NCBI GenBank assembly: GCA_964016885.1
Contig: OZ024741.1
Location: 294,996,001 to 295,060,000 of the forward strand
Reading direction: 5' to 3'
Source of the DNA: Eledone cirrhosa
Lineage: Eukaryota
DNA length: 64,000 bases
The position numbers were made by a program, and so were the translations under genes. Shown here one piece after another: positions 1 to 12,904 of this stretch. Position 1 is the stretch's first letter. The number at the start of each line of letters is the position of its first letter. The notes beneath the pieces are model-generated. The model ran no database searches. It was not told the DNA's origin and was given only the letters and a program-made list of their open reading frames with translations.

Positions 1-1059
1 TACTTGTGCATGTGCACATATGTTTTTCATTGATTAGTAGACACGTGAATGATACATTTAATTAGAAGCACTAAAATTGAACTGGTGAAGACATACGATC
101 TGTTTGTTCACACCATCAGTGGATCCTTAACAAAAGAAGGAGAAAATATTCCGATCAATATTTGATAAGTAGGAATATGTACAATGTCTTTTATTTTATT
201 ATACTTCATTTTATTTTTTAATAATATGTTATGGTTTGAAGTGCTGTAGCATGAAACATAAGCAACGTATAATGGAAGTTCCATGATCAATATAAGATGG
301 AAAGCAAACTCCTTGAGAACTGAGATCGTTATCTAACTTTGATTTCTGTTTGATTACACTTAAGATTACTAATGCCTTTAGGAAAGACATGGAAGTACCA
401 AACATTGATCAGTCATTCCAGTCCTTCAAAATATTCCCACTTTTTATGAGAGTTTTAAAAAATGACTTCAGTGTAATATTCTGGCATTATCATTGCTTTT
501 TCATGCTAGTATGGACTGGACAAGACATTTAAAAAAAAACCTTTTAAGCAATATTCTAAGGCTGAGGTCCTTCCTAGTGCCAGCATATACTTTATTTTTT
601 TAAGTATGGTATTTATGATGATGAGGAGGATATATATGACCCCTCTTTACTCTTCCCCATACCATATCTCCCCCACCCCCATCCTTGCTCACAAATACCA
701 TGTTGTCCACTCATAAAGAAGAATACCTTTGCACTATATGTACCCATTAATATTATGGACCTACTTTCTTGACTTCCTATCTCCATGCCAAGCTGTTAAT
801 CACCCTGTCTCTTGAAAGCCATCTCCACTACCTGTCACCTGTCTTCACTCTCTTTTTTGCTCTCCATTTCCCTCCTTCTCTCCATCAGTGAGAGCTCTCT
901 CAGCAAGCAGCATGTAGCTACCACTTCTACTATGCTCTCATCTCCCACTTCCTCTCCCTTTCTGGTTGGGGGCTGCCACTTTTGCCATACTCTCATCTCT
1001 CCCTCTGCTCTTGTCCCCATTTTTTACTCTTTATGCCACACTAGAACATAGCCAGCCCA

Positions 1060-1565
1060 CTCTGTAAATGATGACACTGATACAATGATAAAATACACAC
1101 TGTCTACTCTGATAGTGGTAATGCCAATGCCTTGAAAAAATACTCTCATTACATACTGTAAAGTGGTTGGCATTCAGAATGGCACCGAGCTGTAGAAATC
1201 ATGCCAATCTGGGAGGTATGAGAGGACATGGTCATCTGACTAGACTAGTCTCAGAAAGTGACAACCCATCCAACCCATGCCAGCATAGAAAATGGATGTA
1301 AAATGGTGATGATATTTATATAAGTGGTGACATGACAAAAGCACCCAGTCCACACTATAAAGTGGTCATTTTGGTGCCATGATAAAAAGGACTCACTCCA
1401 CACTGTAAATGTGGTTGGCATTAAAGAGAGGGATCCTACTGTAGAAACCAAGCTAGAAACATTTATGTATGAGCAAGACATGGTCATGTCATCTGATTTT
1501 TTCACAACAGGAAAACCCATCTTACCCATGCTAGCATGGGAAAATGTGCAGTAAACAATGATGAT
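1060..1565 (+). mobile_element. Two old RTE-related 3'UTR remnants in tandem
   Basis: Degenerate matches to the RTE 3'UTR at 56460-56685 (cacactgtaaa..gtggttggcatt..., catgctagcatgg...atgatga tail). Confidence 0.6.
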
Positions 1566-1570
1566 TTATT

Positions 1571-1621
<51 letters not shown>

Positions 1622-1660
1622 ATATTAAATAAATGGAAACTATATTTATAAAACCATATT

Positions 1661-1725
1661 TATTTTATTATATATATTTCAAGGGCAACCAAGACACCAT
1701 TGGTGTGCTTTCATCAGATAAAATA
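1661..1725 (-). ncRNA. Minimal type I hammerhead ribozyme (mirror arm)
   Basis: Reverse complement reads tattttat CTGATGA aag...ctt GAAA tatata TA ataaaata. Confidence 0.8.
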
Positions 1726-1821
1726 CAAAGTTTGTTTTATAAATAGAGATGTACTCATGAAAATCATAACCGATTAGGTATGATTTTCATAGGTACATCT
1801 CTATTTATAAAACAAACTTTG

Positions 1822-1886
1822 TATTTTATCTGATGAAAGCGCACCAATGGTGTCTTGGTTGCCTTTGAAATATATATAATAAAATA
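1822..1886 (+). ncRNA. Minimal type I hammerhead ribozyme
   Basis: Stem I tattttat/ataaaata, CTGATGA 1830-36, imperfect stem II 1837-66, GAAA 1867-70, palindromic stem III ATATATAT, AUA triplet (predicted cut after 1878). Confidence 0.8.
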
Positions 1887-4253
1887 AATATGGTTTTATA
1901 AATATAGTTTCCATTTATTTAATATCATTGAATATTTACTCCAGTAAACTGTTGAGTGCTCTAAATCAGTTATAAACATTTATATTTGTCGGACTTCCAA
2001 CAAATTAAATACAACTTCTACATATATATATATATATATAAAGTGCTGGTCTTGTGGTTAAAGACTTGTGACCACATAGTTTAAGGTTTAGTTCTACTGT
2101 GTGGCACCTTGGGCAAATGCCTTTTACACTTTGCAATGACCAGTGGTAGGCAGAAACTGAACAGAAGGCTGTCTTATTTATATAATATGTCTGTATGTAT
2201 GAATATGTTTGTGTGTGTGCGTGTTTGAATTGCTGCTTGTTTAAATAACCTTCAACCTAGTGGTTTGACAAACAGAGATCAGCAAAGTAAGTATTAAATA
2301 TTAAAAATGAGTACTGGTTTTGATACGATCATCTAAAAACCCTTCAAGGTGGTGCCTCAGCATGTCCCCAATCCAATAACTGAAATCAGTAAAAGAATAA
2401 AAGAGAAAAAAAGAAAGAAAAAAGAACAACTCTTAAGTACTAATCATACAAATGGCATAAATTACTAAAATTCTCTAGAAAAAAAAAATATGTTTGTCTT
2501 AAATAATGACATTTTGTTCAAACATCAGTTACATTGATCTCAACTAATCATGAATAAGAATGAACAATTTTGTCATTTGTTATTAAATCATTTCAGAGAT
2601 TTAGAATAATTAGTAGGAGATGCTCATTTAAACATTTGTTTTTTCTTTTGAATTTTCTTGTTTGTTTTTTTATTATTATTATCATTATTTCTATTTTTTC
2701 AAAATCTTAAACCAATTTGGATTGAATAAAACAGTTTATAAAAGGACATCAAGGGCAAATGTATTGACCTGCACCAGCTAATCTTTAGAATCAACCCTAC
2801 TGTTGATTATTCAGTATTAATAATTCATGTATATGATAGTCAGTTGCTCAAAATATTGTTTTACTTGTAGTTGTGGAATAAATATATGAAAAATGATTTT
2901 TGAATGTATGTTTGTTTAGTGGAAGCAGGTTTAACCCTGAGAGATGGGGAAAATGCACACATCTTTGTAGCAGCTTACAAAAAGCTAACATGCTTTCAAA
3001 ATTCTAATTTGCTTAGTGTTTCATGAAACAATTGAAACAATTGTTTCTGTTTACATGAAAATATATTTCATGGAATTACAAAATACTTCATGGTGAGGAT
3101 GATAAGTGTGTGTGTGGTGGGGGGGGGGGGGGGGGGGGATATTGGTAATGGTGATCTGATTGCTACATTTATAAGGTGTATTTACTGTTCTTATTGATAA
3201 TCTATACCAGAGTTGTGTTCAGTTGCAGGGTAAAAATTTGTTTATTTCTATTATTCACAGTTGTATAAATAACATTACAAATTGTTTGTAATGAAAATAT
3301 AAACACAAATATAAACACATAGTTAATTATTGCTAGGAACTTCACAAATATAATTCCCAAAAATATATGATCAAAGTGAGAGAAAAAGAAAAGGGAAGGA
3401 ACAAAAATAACCATCAGTTCACTACCAAGGGTCAACAGGAAATTTTGAGGCAAACCAGCATGCTTGCAGCCTTACTGTGGGTGATAAACGAAGAATGTTA
3501 TTTCTGGGTTTAAAATAATGTTCAGTATTGATCTATCGTACACTCAGATTATACCTATTGTCTGAAATAATGAAGCACAAGTTATATAATCTGCGCATTG
3601 TAAGGGGCAACTAAAATGGTTGGCATCAGGAAAGGCAGCTTCAAAAAGGATCCCATAATAGGCATGAAGCCTGTTATTGAGCTTGCATGGTCAACCTCTG
3701 CTTTAGCTGTGAAAATGAACTTAAAATGTTTGTTGTGTGGTGTAATTACATAATCTAGTCATGTGTCTAGAAAAACAGCAGGGTGGCCACGGTTAGAACA
3801 CCCTTGACCATAAATCCCTTTAGTCAAGACTGATCTGAAACAGTAACTAAAAATCAATATATTACACATCTGACAACATATCAAATAGAGTTTTTGAGAT
3901 TAGTGAGACAGAGTGTAATAGGGGCTACTGTTAAAGGTGTATAGTAGTTTGGCATAGCAGAGCAATTATTCAGATCAATTAAATCAATTGAGAGCATCAT
4001 AAATTGTATTGTTTTACCATTAGACCATTATAAGCTATTCTCTTCACAACTTTGCATGATGGAAGATATGTTTAAAAAAAAAGATGTTTACAGACTAATC
4101 TAGTAAACCGTTTCTATTAAAACATACTCTATTTGAATTAAGTAATGGAGAATTTGGAGGGATTTACTAAAATTATCAATTATTTCATTATTAAAATGGT
4201 ATTCATAACACAGCAAGATGTTCTTATATCAAATTATGTTGGAAGATATTAAT

Positions 4254-5905
4254 TTAACACTTTATCATTTACATTAAACTATATTTACTATTGTATTTTA
4301 AAATAATATAATAATAATGAAAATATTGTGTACAGTGCTCAGGTGCACTACAACTCATCAAAAAGTGTATGTATATACATAGGGTAATGTACAAACGTCA
4401 GGAAAATGAACAGTGCATGAGTCATGATATACACATATGTGCATGTGTATGGAAGGGGGATATCAGGTGGAGTTTTGGCGAATTTCGGGAAGCATAAAAA
4501 GGATGCAGTGTCTCGGTAGCTACAACTGACGCAGGCAGTTTGTTCCATGCTTCAGCAACTCTAAGCGTGAAAAGATGTTTCCGAAAGTCATGGGAGCTGT
4601 GCTGTTTTCTGACTTTGTAGGCATGTCCACGTGTGTTAGACACATTGAGATCAAAAAGGTGCTCAGGGTTGTTGTTGGCGAGATGGTTAATAACTTTGTG
4701 GGTGTTTACCAAGTCCATTGCCAGACGTCGGAACTTCAATGAATCCATGCCCAGGGAATCAAGGCGTTCAGAGTATGGTAGGTGTCTGATGGAGGGTATG
4801 CGTTTGGTTGCACGTCTCTGAACAGTTTCCAGGAGGTCAATGTTCTGAGCAAGATAGAGGTTCCAGACTGATGATGCGAATTCCAAGTGTGGTTGTACCA
4901 TAGCTGCATACAGCTTTAAATAGATGGCTGGAGAGCGGCTAACAAAGGTCTTGCTGAGTGATACCAAGACATCCTCGGCCTTCTTGACAATTTTAGATAT
5001 GTCCAACACAAATCACTGCTGACAGTAATGCCTAGGTCATGTTCACAAGAGGACTTCTTGATATCAGTGTTGTGGAGGGAGCATGTGGACGCTGGATTTT
5101 TCCTCCCAAAATGCATGGTGGTACACTTGTCCACAGCCAGCTTCAGTTGTCAGTCTGTGATCCATTGCTGCATTGTGTCCAGGTCTGATTATAGGAAAGA
5201 GTTATAGATTTCAGGATCTGTCCTTTTGATTTCAAGGTACAGGTTGATGTCATCTGCATATTTCAGTACTGTAGCATTCTTTAAGTTGGCATCTATGTCA
5301 TTAATGTATGCAACAAACAAAAGGGGACCAAGAACAGATCCCTGTGGTACACCAGATGACATCTCATATAGTGAAGAATGCTGTCCTAGAACCATGATTA
5401 CCTCTTTTCGGCTGAGAATGAAGGATTTCAACCAGTTAAAAAGATTATCCTTCACACCCATTGCAGAGAGTTTCGCCATAAGTCTTTTGTGTGGCACAGA
5501 ATTAAAAACCTTAGCGAAGTCAAGATAAACAACATCCTCCCATGAGCCGCTGTCAGTGATCCGGGTAATGTCTTCAAGGAACTCGATAAGCTGATCACAG
5601 CAGATGGAGTTAGGGATAAATCCAAATTGTGAGGGCCGGATGAGGCTGTGAGAGTTCCAGAAGTTCCAAAGTGTTTCTCTGACACAGGATTCCATCAGTT
5701 TGGCAATACAGCTAGTAAGACTCACAGTAACCACTTTATTTCACATAATTATCTCACATAATATTGAATATACGAGATTTTGATATTATTCATTATGAGA
5801 ACAAAACTGTAATATAAGTATGAGCAGTCGGTTATTGCCGGTTTGAACAGAAAGAGGTGAAATAATTCTGACTTATTGCAACCAGTTTAAATGCTAAATG
5901 GTTAA
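4254..5905. mobile_element. piggyBac-type MITE split by a CR1 insertion
   Basis: Ends ttaacactttatcatt (4254) and aatgctaaatggttaa (5905); 5730-5905 matches the MITE at 36247-36654; CR1 fragment occupies 4311-5722. Confidence 0.65.
4311..5722 (-). mobile_element. 5'-truncated CR1-group LINE (RT C-terminal part and 3'UTR), decayed
   Basis: RT motifs YLDFAKVFNSVPH, GVPQGSVLGP, YADD, RPHLEF-like, NTRGH, RVAEAWNKLP; close match to 29947-31350; (ATT)n tail. Confidence 0.93.
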
Positions 5906-6998
5906 ATAGGAACCATTCAAAATGAGTGGTTTTGTTTTATAGAATCAATGGTGGTTTGATATCTAATGGGTTAAGAATGTAATTTTCTGTAAACCACTGA
6001 GTTATAAGAGCTTCACTGAAAATAGTGTAGTGATTCTAGAGAAAGCATATTGTACAGATTTCCTGGTGTTTCATGAGAGGAGGTTGGTGTCTAGTTGGAG
6101 AACAGAATGCAGCAATAGAAATGAATGAATTAAGCATTCATCAATTTCTTGGTACTTCTGCTGACCACAGAGGTAAGTGAACACTACCTGTAAATGATTC
6201 CTGGATTGGAACTGAGCATTGATGTAGCACTACACAAACTGTTTGGCTAGCATTTTATCAATTTAAACTGCTCCAACTCTCTTTTATTCTCATTAAAATT
6301 ATTCGCTATTTAATAATTATATAAAAGTGAATATTCCTTATTTGGTAAACAATTCATCTGACTTCTATCATTGAAAATATTTACAGTTATTGCTCTTTTA
6401 ATTCTGTAGCTGAAAGTGAATTAATTTTCTCTTGGGCAGTTCTTTCCTATTATTTATTGGAAGTTTATTAAATTAAGGAAGATAATAATCTAAGAGAGAA
6501 GATTTACCTCTTAAATTAGTATTTACTTACTTCATTATCTTAGGTATAGCATCTGTTTCTCTGTTTCATTATCATTCAGAAATTGTTTTGTTATTCTAAA
6601 CTAAAAGATATGTTATTATTTTTAAGTACTCAGATGCAAATATTCATTTCTTACAAACAAGGCACAAGACTGAGAATGCTTTTTCATATATATATATATA
6701 ATGATAATAATACTGGTTTCTGATTTAGGCACAAGGGCAACAACTTTGAGGGAGGGGAAAGTCAATTAAATTGACTCCAGTGTGTCACTGGTTCTTTATT
6801 TTATTTTATTAACCCCTATAAGGAAGTTGCCTGATACTTTACCAATACTGTCAATTGAGCAGGAATGAAGTATCGTTATAAAATTGTTATATTTATTCAC
6901 ATATGACATGTGTTTCATAGATCAGCTTAAGGTACGATTGGTATTGATTCAGCCCAAAACTGGAATCGATAGCTCATCAGACATATGGATTCCTTAAT

Positions 6999-6999
<1 letters not shown>

Positions 7000-7074
<75 letters not shown>
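7000..7074. repeat. (CA)n(TA)n compound microsatellite
   Basis: Direct reading. Confidence 0.95.
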
Positions 7075-7077
<3 letters not shown>

Positions 7078-7249
7078 TCATCATCATATGTCTGTTTTCC
7101 CAGATAGGCTGGAGGCATGCATGAAGCTTACATACAATCTTGTGCTCTGCCAAGTGCATTTTATCAACACATTAACACAAGGGAAAATGTTATGTCATTG
7201 ACACAGATAAAATGTCCTCTTTGTTTTGCAGGTTTGCTAGACCTGTTTT

Positions 7250-7530
7250 ACAGAGTTATATTTAGTCTCATCAGTATTGTATCCTGCAGTCACTGGGTGT
7301 TTCAGGTCTTATGATATACATACTCATCCTGATTGAGGTTCTTCAAGCCTCAGCCACACTTCAAGTAGCATTCTGCTGGCCCTAGTGATCACCTCTTTTC
7401 AGCCAGAGCTGAATGTATGTCCTCTTTGCTACTTCCACATTGTTGTTGATGGCTCCTCTCCTACTGATTCTTGCAATGCCCAATATTATGACCTGCAAAT
7501 ATTCAACTTTCCTCATCTACTGGCAGGGCT
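7250..7530 (-). mobile_element. Possible HERO-like (restriction-like endonuclease) non-LTR element 3' remnant
   Basis: Minus strand reads GIARISRRGAINNNVEVAKRTYIQLWLKRGDH*, resembling HERO C-termini (LGI..RRAI...AE.AS.WLWLKR); followed by gacctgaaacacccagtgac...ctgatga. Recognised from memory only. Confidence 0.45.
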
Positions 7531-8302
7531 GGATATAGACTTTTGAGCAGGCGTGTCAGTTGCCCCATTTGTCTCCCATTAAATACGACTCTGTCTGCTG
7601 GCATGCACTTAATGTAATATTTGCACATTTCTCAAGAATAATAGGAATGTAAGTGAAGTGAGATGGCTTCAGACAGGAATTGCAAATAGACTGTTTTGCT
7701 GGGAGATGAACATTATTCAACAAAATTTTTATCTCATTTACAAGTATTGTAATAGTTAGTTGTAGTAAGTTATAAAATTTTAATGAACAGATGTTATTCA
7801 ATAATCTATTACTTTCAGACATTGATGAAATGGACAGGAGCTAAGGGAAAGGTTAACATTAATATTTAAATATCTTATATTAAACACTCTGAATATTTGC
7901 AGCTTCTCCTACTGGGGTTAAATATTCACTGTTATAAGGTTACTGTTAATGTTTAACCTGTCTTCAACAGACGAAATTGTGTTGAAGATAGCCAAATCTT
8001 ACTTCCTCTGCACAATAATTAGATGTTCAACGGCACTGCTAATAAGTGATTCTGTTGTACAACATTACTAATATGTGATTCTGTTATAAATCCAACCCTT
8101 GCACTTAATTCTGACCTTATCTTAAATGATTACACTATAGGTGTTTAACTATTTCCCACTAACTACCCTTATCGGATTTTCTTTGATGTTTCTAATTAAG
8201 AAGATTATAGAGTTTTGGCTGAGTTTTTTAATTGCCAAACAGTTAATCATAGATTGTAGAGAATTGCATCAAACTATTCTATCTTATCTATTTACTCATG
8301 TG

Positions 8303-8540
8303 AAGGTGAGTAGCTTAGTGGTTAGAGAATCTGATTCACAATCATAAGGTTGTAAGTCTGATGCCTGGATTGTGTGATGCGTTATGTCCTTGATTAAAAC
8401 ATTTTATTTCCTGTTGCTCCTTCTGCCAGGAGTTGTTGCAACTAGTAGATAGTATCAGCAGTGTAAAGACCAATGGAAACATCTGATTTGATGAGTTCCA
8501 CCCCATTCAGTAATTGAATGAGCTCTGGATTTTTGTTAAT
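8303..8540 (+). mobile_element. tRNA-derived SINE, family 2
   Basis: A-box-like agcttagtggttagag and a decayed B box; body matches 46413-46635 and, inverted, 22675-22925. Confidence 0.65.
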
Positions 8541-11500
8541 CAATTCAATCAATTGATCGATCTATTTACTTATAGGTCATGAGGTCAAATTTACTGCAGA
8601 TATTTTGGTGTGTTTTTTGTGTGTACATATGTGTATGTATATATTAGTTTTGCAATTTTGCATCTTAAAAAAGTGCTTTTATCATAACTTTAAATCGACC
8701 TAAGTTATAGGTAGATGGAAACTATAAAAAGCCTGCCTGATGGATTGTACCTGTAATTCAAGGATCCAGTTTTATTTTATTGCATATTGTGACATTAATT
8801 CAGCTTGGGAATTATATTAAGAGCCTGTCCTCATTTGCATCATCATCGTTTTAACATCTGTTCTCCCTGCTAGCAAGGGTTGGACAGGTCTCACATTCTA
8901 TTGAGTGCACAGGAGAATTTGTCATGTCTTTGACACAATTGAAGGGTCTTACAAACCCTTTGTTTGACAAGCCCTCCACATCTGTTTTCTCTTCCTATTA
9001 TCCACCACTTCACAATATATAATCTGTGCATTTATCATGTAGATTACCAGCACTATGTGCATCTGTAAAATAGTTAGTCACTTACATGTTAATTTCATAA
9101 ACAAACCATTTCCTTGAGTGAACAACTGATTGTTAATTGTAAAAACTGACAATGGATCCAAGACATGCTATAATCTTTGTTCAAATAGAACTTTTAAGAT
9201 AGAAGAAATTATAAGTTGTCCCCTTTCCTGGTTTTTACTTGTTCATAGTACTTTTATTGTCATTATGTAGCTACAGCTCAGTTACAGTATATCTACTTCA
9301 ATCCAATCCAGGGTCTTCTCACTCCTGTTGGTGGAACCCCTCATTGGTTGACCTCTACTGCTTTCTATTTTTGAAACTGGTGCAAAAAACAAAACAAAAC
9401 AATAAAAAACCAAAACAAAACAAAGAAATAATGAAAAGGTCACCATGCTTGGCCAATTGTGGGAGTGGATGACCATTGACTTTTAGGAGTTCCTCAACCC
9501 TTTTAACAGTTCTTGTTTTTTGTGCTGCATGGGTTCCACTTACCCTCCTCACCAGACCAACATACAACTCATCTATTGGATATACGAGACTCTACATCAA
9601 AAAAATATGGTACATTGTAAATGTTGTATATAAAATGGAGGTGTGACTTATCTACCAGTATAAATGGTAGAATTAACTTCTAAGACACTATAATGTTTTT
9701 TTGCACGAATATGTGAGTAAATGACTAATCTGTAATGTTATTTATACAACTGCTACACTGCCTCAGTGTGAGTATGTGTCTGTGAAACATATACATATAA
9801 ACCTGGTCCAAACACAAAGGAACCAAACTTCCACTGTCACTGCCTCCATCCCACCTGCTCTCCCCATCTTTCACTATTATGAGCAAATGCGGGGGACATG
9901 CTGGTCTATTAGATCTATTCTCTATATTCCACCATCTATGTTTAATGTCTATCAGCTACATAATTGTTATTCCTCCATGTTCTTCTTACTTAAAGTGATT
10001 TAAATCCAACTTGGATAATGATTCTTATAATTAAGTGGAAAATTATGTTGTTGATGTTTTTTAATATTTTCTAAAAAAAATTATTCCTTTTTTTTTTTTT
10101 CATCTTCCATAAAACTTGTATTTTATGTGTATTTGTTTTATATTGAACCATGTAGTGTTTGCTCAATGGTACTAGTGTATGGATCGTTATACAAACACTA
10201 TAATTTGGTGCATTGGAACAACCAAGCCATCACAGTTAATCCTTAATAATATCAAAAGGTTTTGACATGAGAGAAGGAATTAGCTTAGAAGTGGAGTTAA
10301 TCTGTTGTAAACAAGATTTATTTAATTAGCTGGTTGCCTTTGATTATTATTATTAAATACCACTGTGGATTCTTTTCTCAGATACTGTTGAATGCTTAGA
10401 AGATGTTATGCAGATAAGACTGATTTACTGTTGTTTAATTGCATCTAAAAATATTCCTTTCCTTCATCAGTTTTGTTATTCTTTATGATGACATTCTTGA
10501 TTTAAGCTTTCCAGAATATTGAACCCTGGAAACACAAAACCTCTGCTACTAAAGTTGTTGTAAACTGAAAATGATTGGCGATAATATCAAACACAATGTT
10601 GAGATATTACCACAGCCTAGGATGGGGGGATACTTGTAGTGATTTCCCTGTGTGTGGTGCAGTGTAGTAGAGAGCTGGTTGTGATTCATATAAAATATCT
10701 TAACATGAAATAAGTTACCAATGTGTTTTATTTCATTTTGAAAACAGTTGAGAATAGGGAGGAATTTCTTTTTGTTTTGTTTTGGTTTTTTATTGTTTTG
10801 TTTTGTTTTTTGCACCAGTTTCAAAATTTTATTGATTTGTTTCTTTTGAATTATTTATTAAGTTTTCATAATTAATTTTACAAATAATGAAAAAAATGCA
10901 AAAGAGATAATGAAAAGCAGATCTGGGGGTAAAGGAAAGGACTAGAAATGCCATAAATGAGAAGAAAAGGAGGGAAAGAGCAAGGACTATTAAACTATGG
11001 AAGAAAGAGAAATATTTAGAACATTACTTAACAAAAGGTTCTTACATAAAATTATGTTTTGATACAAATATGAACTCTTAAAAATATGCAGTTTTGTGTT
11101 ATAAAACTAGGGGCAATTTCAGGCAGGTTGATATTACAAAGGTGCTTAGTGACCTCAAAACTAATCATTCTTTCTAACTTGCTTTAATTTTCTTCCTAAA
11201 TTATCATTACAATCAGATGAAAAAAACAAATGAACTCTATACCCATTTTATCAGTTATCTTCCCTCAATAAAAAGCAATTCCAACATGAGCCAGATTGGA
11301 ATCTAGTTATTTCAAAAGATTCCACTTGGAACACACTCATAAAGTTTTCAGATATTCTGTTATAAATCACCAAATGGTGAATTATTGTTGTTGCTTTTTA
11401 TATTTTTTTAAAAATTGGTTTGATAAAATCCTTCAAATTAATATAGGCTTTGATCTCTTATTTCATTTTATATGTGAACAATTCCCTGTTTGTGAGATTT

Positions 11501-12189
11501 GTCTAAAATAAGTTTAATACCATTGGTTTACTTTTTTTTTTCTGTATTGATCAATAATGCAGAAGCAGATATAATCAAAAGATGTTTTTGCTCAGTATTC
11601 TATCTAGTCATTATCACTCCATCTTTTTTATAAGGTGAGTTGTTTTAAGATTCCACATACATATGCATGATCTCTATTTTATATAAAATTGTAAAATAAA
11701 TATTGAGAGCAGTAAGAAACTAGGAGAGCTGAACAGTAGAAGGTCTTCAGAGAAGAAACCCCTGCTCAAGCATGTGTTTCAGCCCTTAACTTCAAATATT
11801 GAGAGAGATTTAGTGGCTGCATTTAGCAAATTAGCATAGAAATAACCTTGCTGACTTATCCTAATTTCCAGTGTCTATATAATGGAATTGTTCTACTAAA
11901 AATGTTTGATCTAGGCTAGTGAACAAATTTCACATCTATATCCCAGTCCACTCTGTAAGGTAGCCATACTGGTGACATGACAAAAAAACACCCAGTCCAC
12001 CCCTTTATGTAGCCATTTCAGTGCCACAATAAAAAGCACTCAGTCCAAACTGTAATATGTTTGGTGTTAAGAAAGGCATCCAGCTGTAGAAACCAAGCCA
12101 AAATACAAATCCGTATAAACAAGATATGGTCATCTGACCTGAATTGTCTCATAACGTGATAACCCATCTAAAATATTAATTATATCTCA

Positions 12190-12345
12190 TTCTCACTTCT
12201 CTCTCTCTCACTTTCTATCCTTCTCTGGAAGAAATCTGCTGTAGTCTGGCCTAGAGAGGGTTGGACTCTGTCAGGCTTAAAATGCCCAAGAATCATTGTA
12301 TGTCACTATGGCACCCCTATGACTTCATCTGGAGTTATGGGGTCA
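12190..12345 (+). repeat. Unclassified dispersed repeat (second copy at ~34005-34150)
   Basis: Shared cactttctatccttctctggaagaaatctgct...aggcttaaaat...cccta.gact...ggagtta.ggg. Confidence 0.7.
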
Positions 12346-12904
12346 TTCCACATATAAATCAGAAATTTGTAGAAGCAAGTTGTATTTTTATTGTATTAGT
12401 TTAAGTATTTTCATTTTTTATACAAATGTCAGGATTTTGTCAGAAATTAATAAACTCCTTGAATAATACCAGTGATACCTAAGGGTCAGTAACCACTTTG
12501 GTGACCCCTACATTAGATAATATAATCTTAGATACTCCTAAAAAGACGTATGATCATAGCTGCATTGCATTTGAATCAGTTGGATCAAGGTGAGTTAGTA
12601 TGTAGCTTAATAACAACAATCATCACCACTAGAAATTAATCTTTAACAAGAATCTGTGCTAATAGAAAATAGATTTGATGTCTGTCAGGAAAAAATACAA
12701 TGATAGTTAAGGTTATTTTAGTAATAATAGAGTGAGTATAAATACAGTTGGTTAGGTTAGAGCAGGTTTACAAATCTGACAAATGACTCATTGTGAAGGT
12801 TATATTAATAAATGAAGTGAAATTAAGATAGCTGGTTGGAGTAAAGCAGATCTGCTAATTTGACAAATCTTTCACTGCAAATGTAAACAGAAAGGAAAAC
12901 ATAA

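Larger units (their letters stand above)
1617..2022 (+). mobile_element. Fold-back (hairpin) Penelope-like element remnant: 314-bp palindrome plus ~90-nt 3' tail, in (TA)n
   Basis: Arms 1617-1768 and 1779-1930 are reverse complements with few mismatches; unpaired tail 1931-2022; (TA)n on both sides; hammerhead motif in each arm. Confidence 0.8.

Noticed and set aside
7255-7312. GAAA...CTGATGA on the minus strand as a type II hammerhead
   Set aside because: No U at position 16.1 and no stem II pairing; better explained as a non-LTR element 3'UTR
11563-11634. Possible exon (cag|...AAG|gtgagt)
   Set aside because: Splice signals are plausible, but there is no recognisable peptide or partner exon; needs RNA data
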